Origin: Octopus sinensis
Lineage: Eukaryota
Reading direction: 5' to 3'
NCBI RefSeq assembly: GCF_006345805.1
Contig: NW_021834501.1
Location: 1-53,204, forward strand
Length of the DNA: 53,204 bases
The position numbers and the translations under genes are program-made. Of the stretch, positions 50,400-53,204 are shown piece by piece. The notes under the pieces were generated by a model. That model worked only from the letters and a program-made list of their open reading frames with translations. It was not told the DNA's origin and ran no database searches. Position 1 is the first letter of the stretch. Each line of letters opens with the position of its first letter.

Positions 50400-51130
50400 C
50401 ATAGAGACATACAGGCACAAAAACACACATACATAGAACCACATACATCTACAGAGGCCCACACACACACATACTCACACGCATATAGACTTACATATGT
50501 TTGTATTCACACCACAACATACACACACAGAGGCAGTCACACACATACACAGACACACACACACACACAGAAGTAAATACAGACACATTTACACACACAT
50601 ATATACACACTACAATATACGCACACAGATACAGTTACACACATACATACACACACACAAACATACACACACAAACACACAGAAGTATATACAGACACAT
50701 TTACGCATGCATATATTCACACTACCATATACGCACACAGACACAATTACACACACACATACAAAAGCACATACAGACGCCCCCACACATACACAGAAAT
50801 ACATACAGAGACATTTACACACACATATATACACACTACCATATACGCACACAGATGCAGTTACACACACAGATGCTGCCACACACATACTCACAGTCAC
50901 ACACACACAGACACACAGAAGTAATTACAGACACATTTACACGCGTATATATACACACTACCATATACGCACACAGATACAGCTACACACTGAACCACAT
51001 ACGGACGCCCCCCACCACACACAAATTGACACGCAAATAATTTCTAAGTATGTTCCACAATCTTTGAAACTTGATTGTTATCTAGAGTTAAAGAACTTTG
51101 ACAAAGGAGGAAATGATGAGACAAAACACC
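50400..51130. repeat. CA-rich minisatellite plus unique tail, paralogous to ~45340-46500
   Basis: Shared CATAGA.CCACATACATCTAC..AGGCCCACAC start, and shared tail ATCTTTG.AAC.TGAT..TTATCTA.A.TTAA.GAAC.TTGACAAA.GAGGAAATGATGAGAC. Confidence 0.7.
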
Positions 51131-51314
51131 AGGTGCAGGCATGGCTGTGTGGTAAGAAGCTTGACGCCCAACCACATTGTCCTGGGTTCAGTCCCACACT
51201 GTGGCACCTTGGGCAAATGTCTTCTGTTATAGCCTCAGGCCGACCAAAACCTTGTGAGTAGATTTGGTAGATGGAAACTGAAAGAAGCCCGCCATATATA
51301 TATATATAATATAT

Positions 51315-51945
51315 ATAATAACAAAGGGTAAAATTAATTAATTAAGAATTAATCAATAATTTCACCAAGTAGAATTCGGCATGAAAAAGGACCATTTCAC
51401 GGTAAAATTAAGTAATACTTTATAATTAGGGTTCAGCAAAGATTTGCTTTACCACCTAGCGAAGTTTAGAAATAGCAGCCAAAACCTTAGCTATTTCTTC
51501 TACTTTAAAAAGGGACTCCCAGAAAAACCAAAGTACTTGAAAATAATCCACACAGGTAGAGAGGGAAAGCAACGAAAAACAATCAATATATACTGTCTAA
51601 TACCGTTACGTAGAGAGATATATTCAGTCATTCCAGTACCTTCGAATTTAATATTTCAATATTTAATATTGTTGGAATCCCATGCTGAATAGGAAGATGG
51701 TTGGGTAAAGTATAATTCTATATTCTTTATACCGATCTAATTCCAAAACACGCGTCCATGGATGAACAGATATTGATTGATTTTCGTTACTTTTCCTCTC
51801 GGCCCATGTGAATGGTTTTCAAGTATTTTGGTCTTTCTGGGAGTCCCTTTTTAAAGTAGAAGAAATAGCTAAGGTTTTTGGCTGCTATTTCTAAACTTCG
51901 GTGTGTGGTAAAGCAAATCTTTGCTGAACCCTAATTATTAAGTAT
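51315..51945. mobile_element. Fold-back element (~170-bp arms 51422-51590 and 51771-51938) flanked by (TA)n
   Basis: ATAATTAGGGTTCAGCAAAGATTTGCTTTACCAC...GGGACTCCCAGAAAAACCAAAGTACTTGAAAA is mirrored at the right end. Confidence 0.9.
51680..51761 (+). ncRNA. Degenerate type-I hammerhead in the loop of the fold-back element
   Basis: CCATG-CTGAATA-GGAA...TTCC-AAAAC-ACGC-GTC-CATGG: perfect stem I, GGAA/TTCC stem II base, GUC triplet. Two core substitutions (G8>T, G12>A). Confidence 0.7.
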
Positions 51946-52161
51946 ATATATTTATATATATATATATATGTATGAATATAAATTAAATTAGAGATAAAAC
52001 CACCATTAGGCAACTCAAACAGTGATAGACATAAACAAAAACATAATTATGTTTTGGTTCATGATTTAATCCTAAATCTAATTTTTCCCTGTATGTTTGG
52101 AGTTATACTCCATAAATTATTATTATATATATGTATATATATGTATATATGTATATATATA

Positions 52162-52198
<37 letters not shown>

Positions 52199-52199
52199 T

Positions 52200-52656
52200 T
52201 GTGGTACCAGTGCCGGTGGCACATAAGGAAAACCATCTGAATCGGGACCGTAGCCAGTACCGCATCGACTGGCCCCGTGCTGTGGGCACGTAACAAACAC
52301 CATCCGATCGTAGCCGTTCGCCAGCCTCGTCTGGCACTTGTGTCGGTGGCACATAAAAAACACCATTCGAGCGTGACCGTCTGCCAGCCTCGTCTGGCAC
52401 CTGGTCGGTCGGTGGCACATAAAAAACCATTCGAGTGTGACCGTCTGCCAGCTCGTCTGGCACCTGTGTCGGTGGCACATAAAATCACCCACTACACTCT
52501 CGGAGTGGTTGGCGTTAGGAAGGGCATCCAGCTGTAGAAACACTGCCAGATCTGACTGGCCTGGTGCAGCCTTCGGGCTTGCCAGACCCCAGTTGAACCG
52601 TCCAACCCATGCTAGAATGGAAAGCGGACGTTAAACGATGATGATGATGATGATGA
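52200..52656 (+). mobile_element. RTE-derived 3' tail element with ~5 tandem ~60-bp units
   Basis: Repeated CGGTGGCACATAAAA..CACCATTCGAG.GTGACCGTCTGCCAGCCTCGTCTGGCAC; conserved tail; (GAT)n. Confidence 0.85.
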
Positions 52657-52659
52657 TCT

Positions 52660-53135
52660 TAAGGTGACAAGCTGGCAGAAATGTTAGCACACCGGCCAAA
52701 ATGCTTAGCAGTATTTCACCTACCATTACATTCTGAGTTCAAATTCCGCCGAGATCGACTTTGCCTTTCATCCTCTCGAGGTTGATTAAATAAGTACCAG
52801 TTATGCACTGGGTTTGATGTAATCGACTTAATCTCTTTGTCTGTCCTTGTTTGTCCCCTCCATGTTTAGCCCCTTGCGAGCAATAAAGAAATAATATGTC
52901 TATTATATGCACATATTTATATGTGTGTGTCTGTGTTTGTCTCCCAGCTATTACTTCACAACCAATGCTGTTGTGCTTATGTCTCCATAACTTAATGGTT
53001 CAGCAAAAGAGACCGATAGAATAAGTACTAGACTTAAAAAGAATAAGTCCTGGGGGTCAATTTCTTCAACTAAAATCTTTTAAGGTGTGTGCTCCAGCAT
53101 GGCTACAGTCAAATGACAGAAACAAGTAAAAAAAA
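52660..53135 (+). mobile_element. Family B SINE (~52660-52885) and 3' half of a family A SINE (~52925-53135)
   Basis: AAGGTGACAAGCTGGCAGAAATGTTAGC...CTGAGTTCAAATTCCGCCGAG; GCAAAAGAGACCGATAGAATAAGTAC...GACAGAAACAAGTAAAA. Confidence 0.8.
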
Positions 53136-53144
53136 AACATTTAT

Positions 53145-53204
<60 letters not shown>

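Overview
Eukaryotic, AT-rich, repeat-saturated DNA with no confidently identifiable host protein-coding gene. The SINE families match those I recall from Octopus, so a cephalopod origin is inferred, not verified. Most of the ORF track is translation of (TA)n/(CA)n/(AAT)n/(GAA)n microsatellites. Real content: (1) a 5'-truncated, frameshifted Penelope-like element (RT + GIY-YIG) at 23.8-26.7 kb with a degenerate hammerhead in its 3' repeat; (2) at least five further type-I hammerhead (HHR) motifs plus one partial, two with intact cores, in short AT-rich elements that end at (TA)n tracts and often fold back into long hairpins; (3) R4/Dong-type RLE LINE fragments and a 555-bp unclassified element repeated three times, all inside (TAA)n tracts; (4) RTE LINE fragments, their VNTR-bearing 3' tails, and a 206-bp TSD-flanked insert with HDV-ribozyme-like motifs; (5) several tRNA-derived SINE families and a 145-bp satellite built from a SINE head; (6) Tc1/mariner, pogo-like MITE and Gypsy integrase remnants. 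All alignments and folds were done by eye; coordinates of degenerate elements are approximate.
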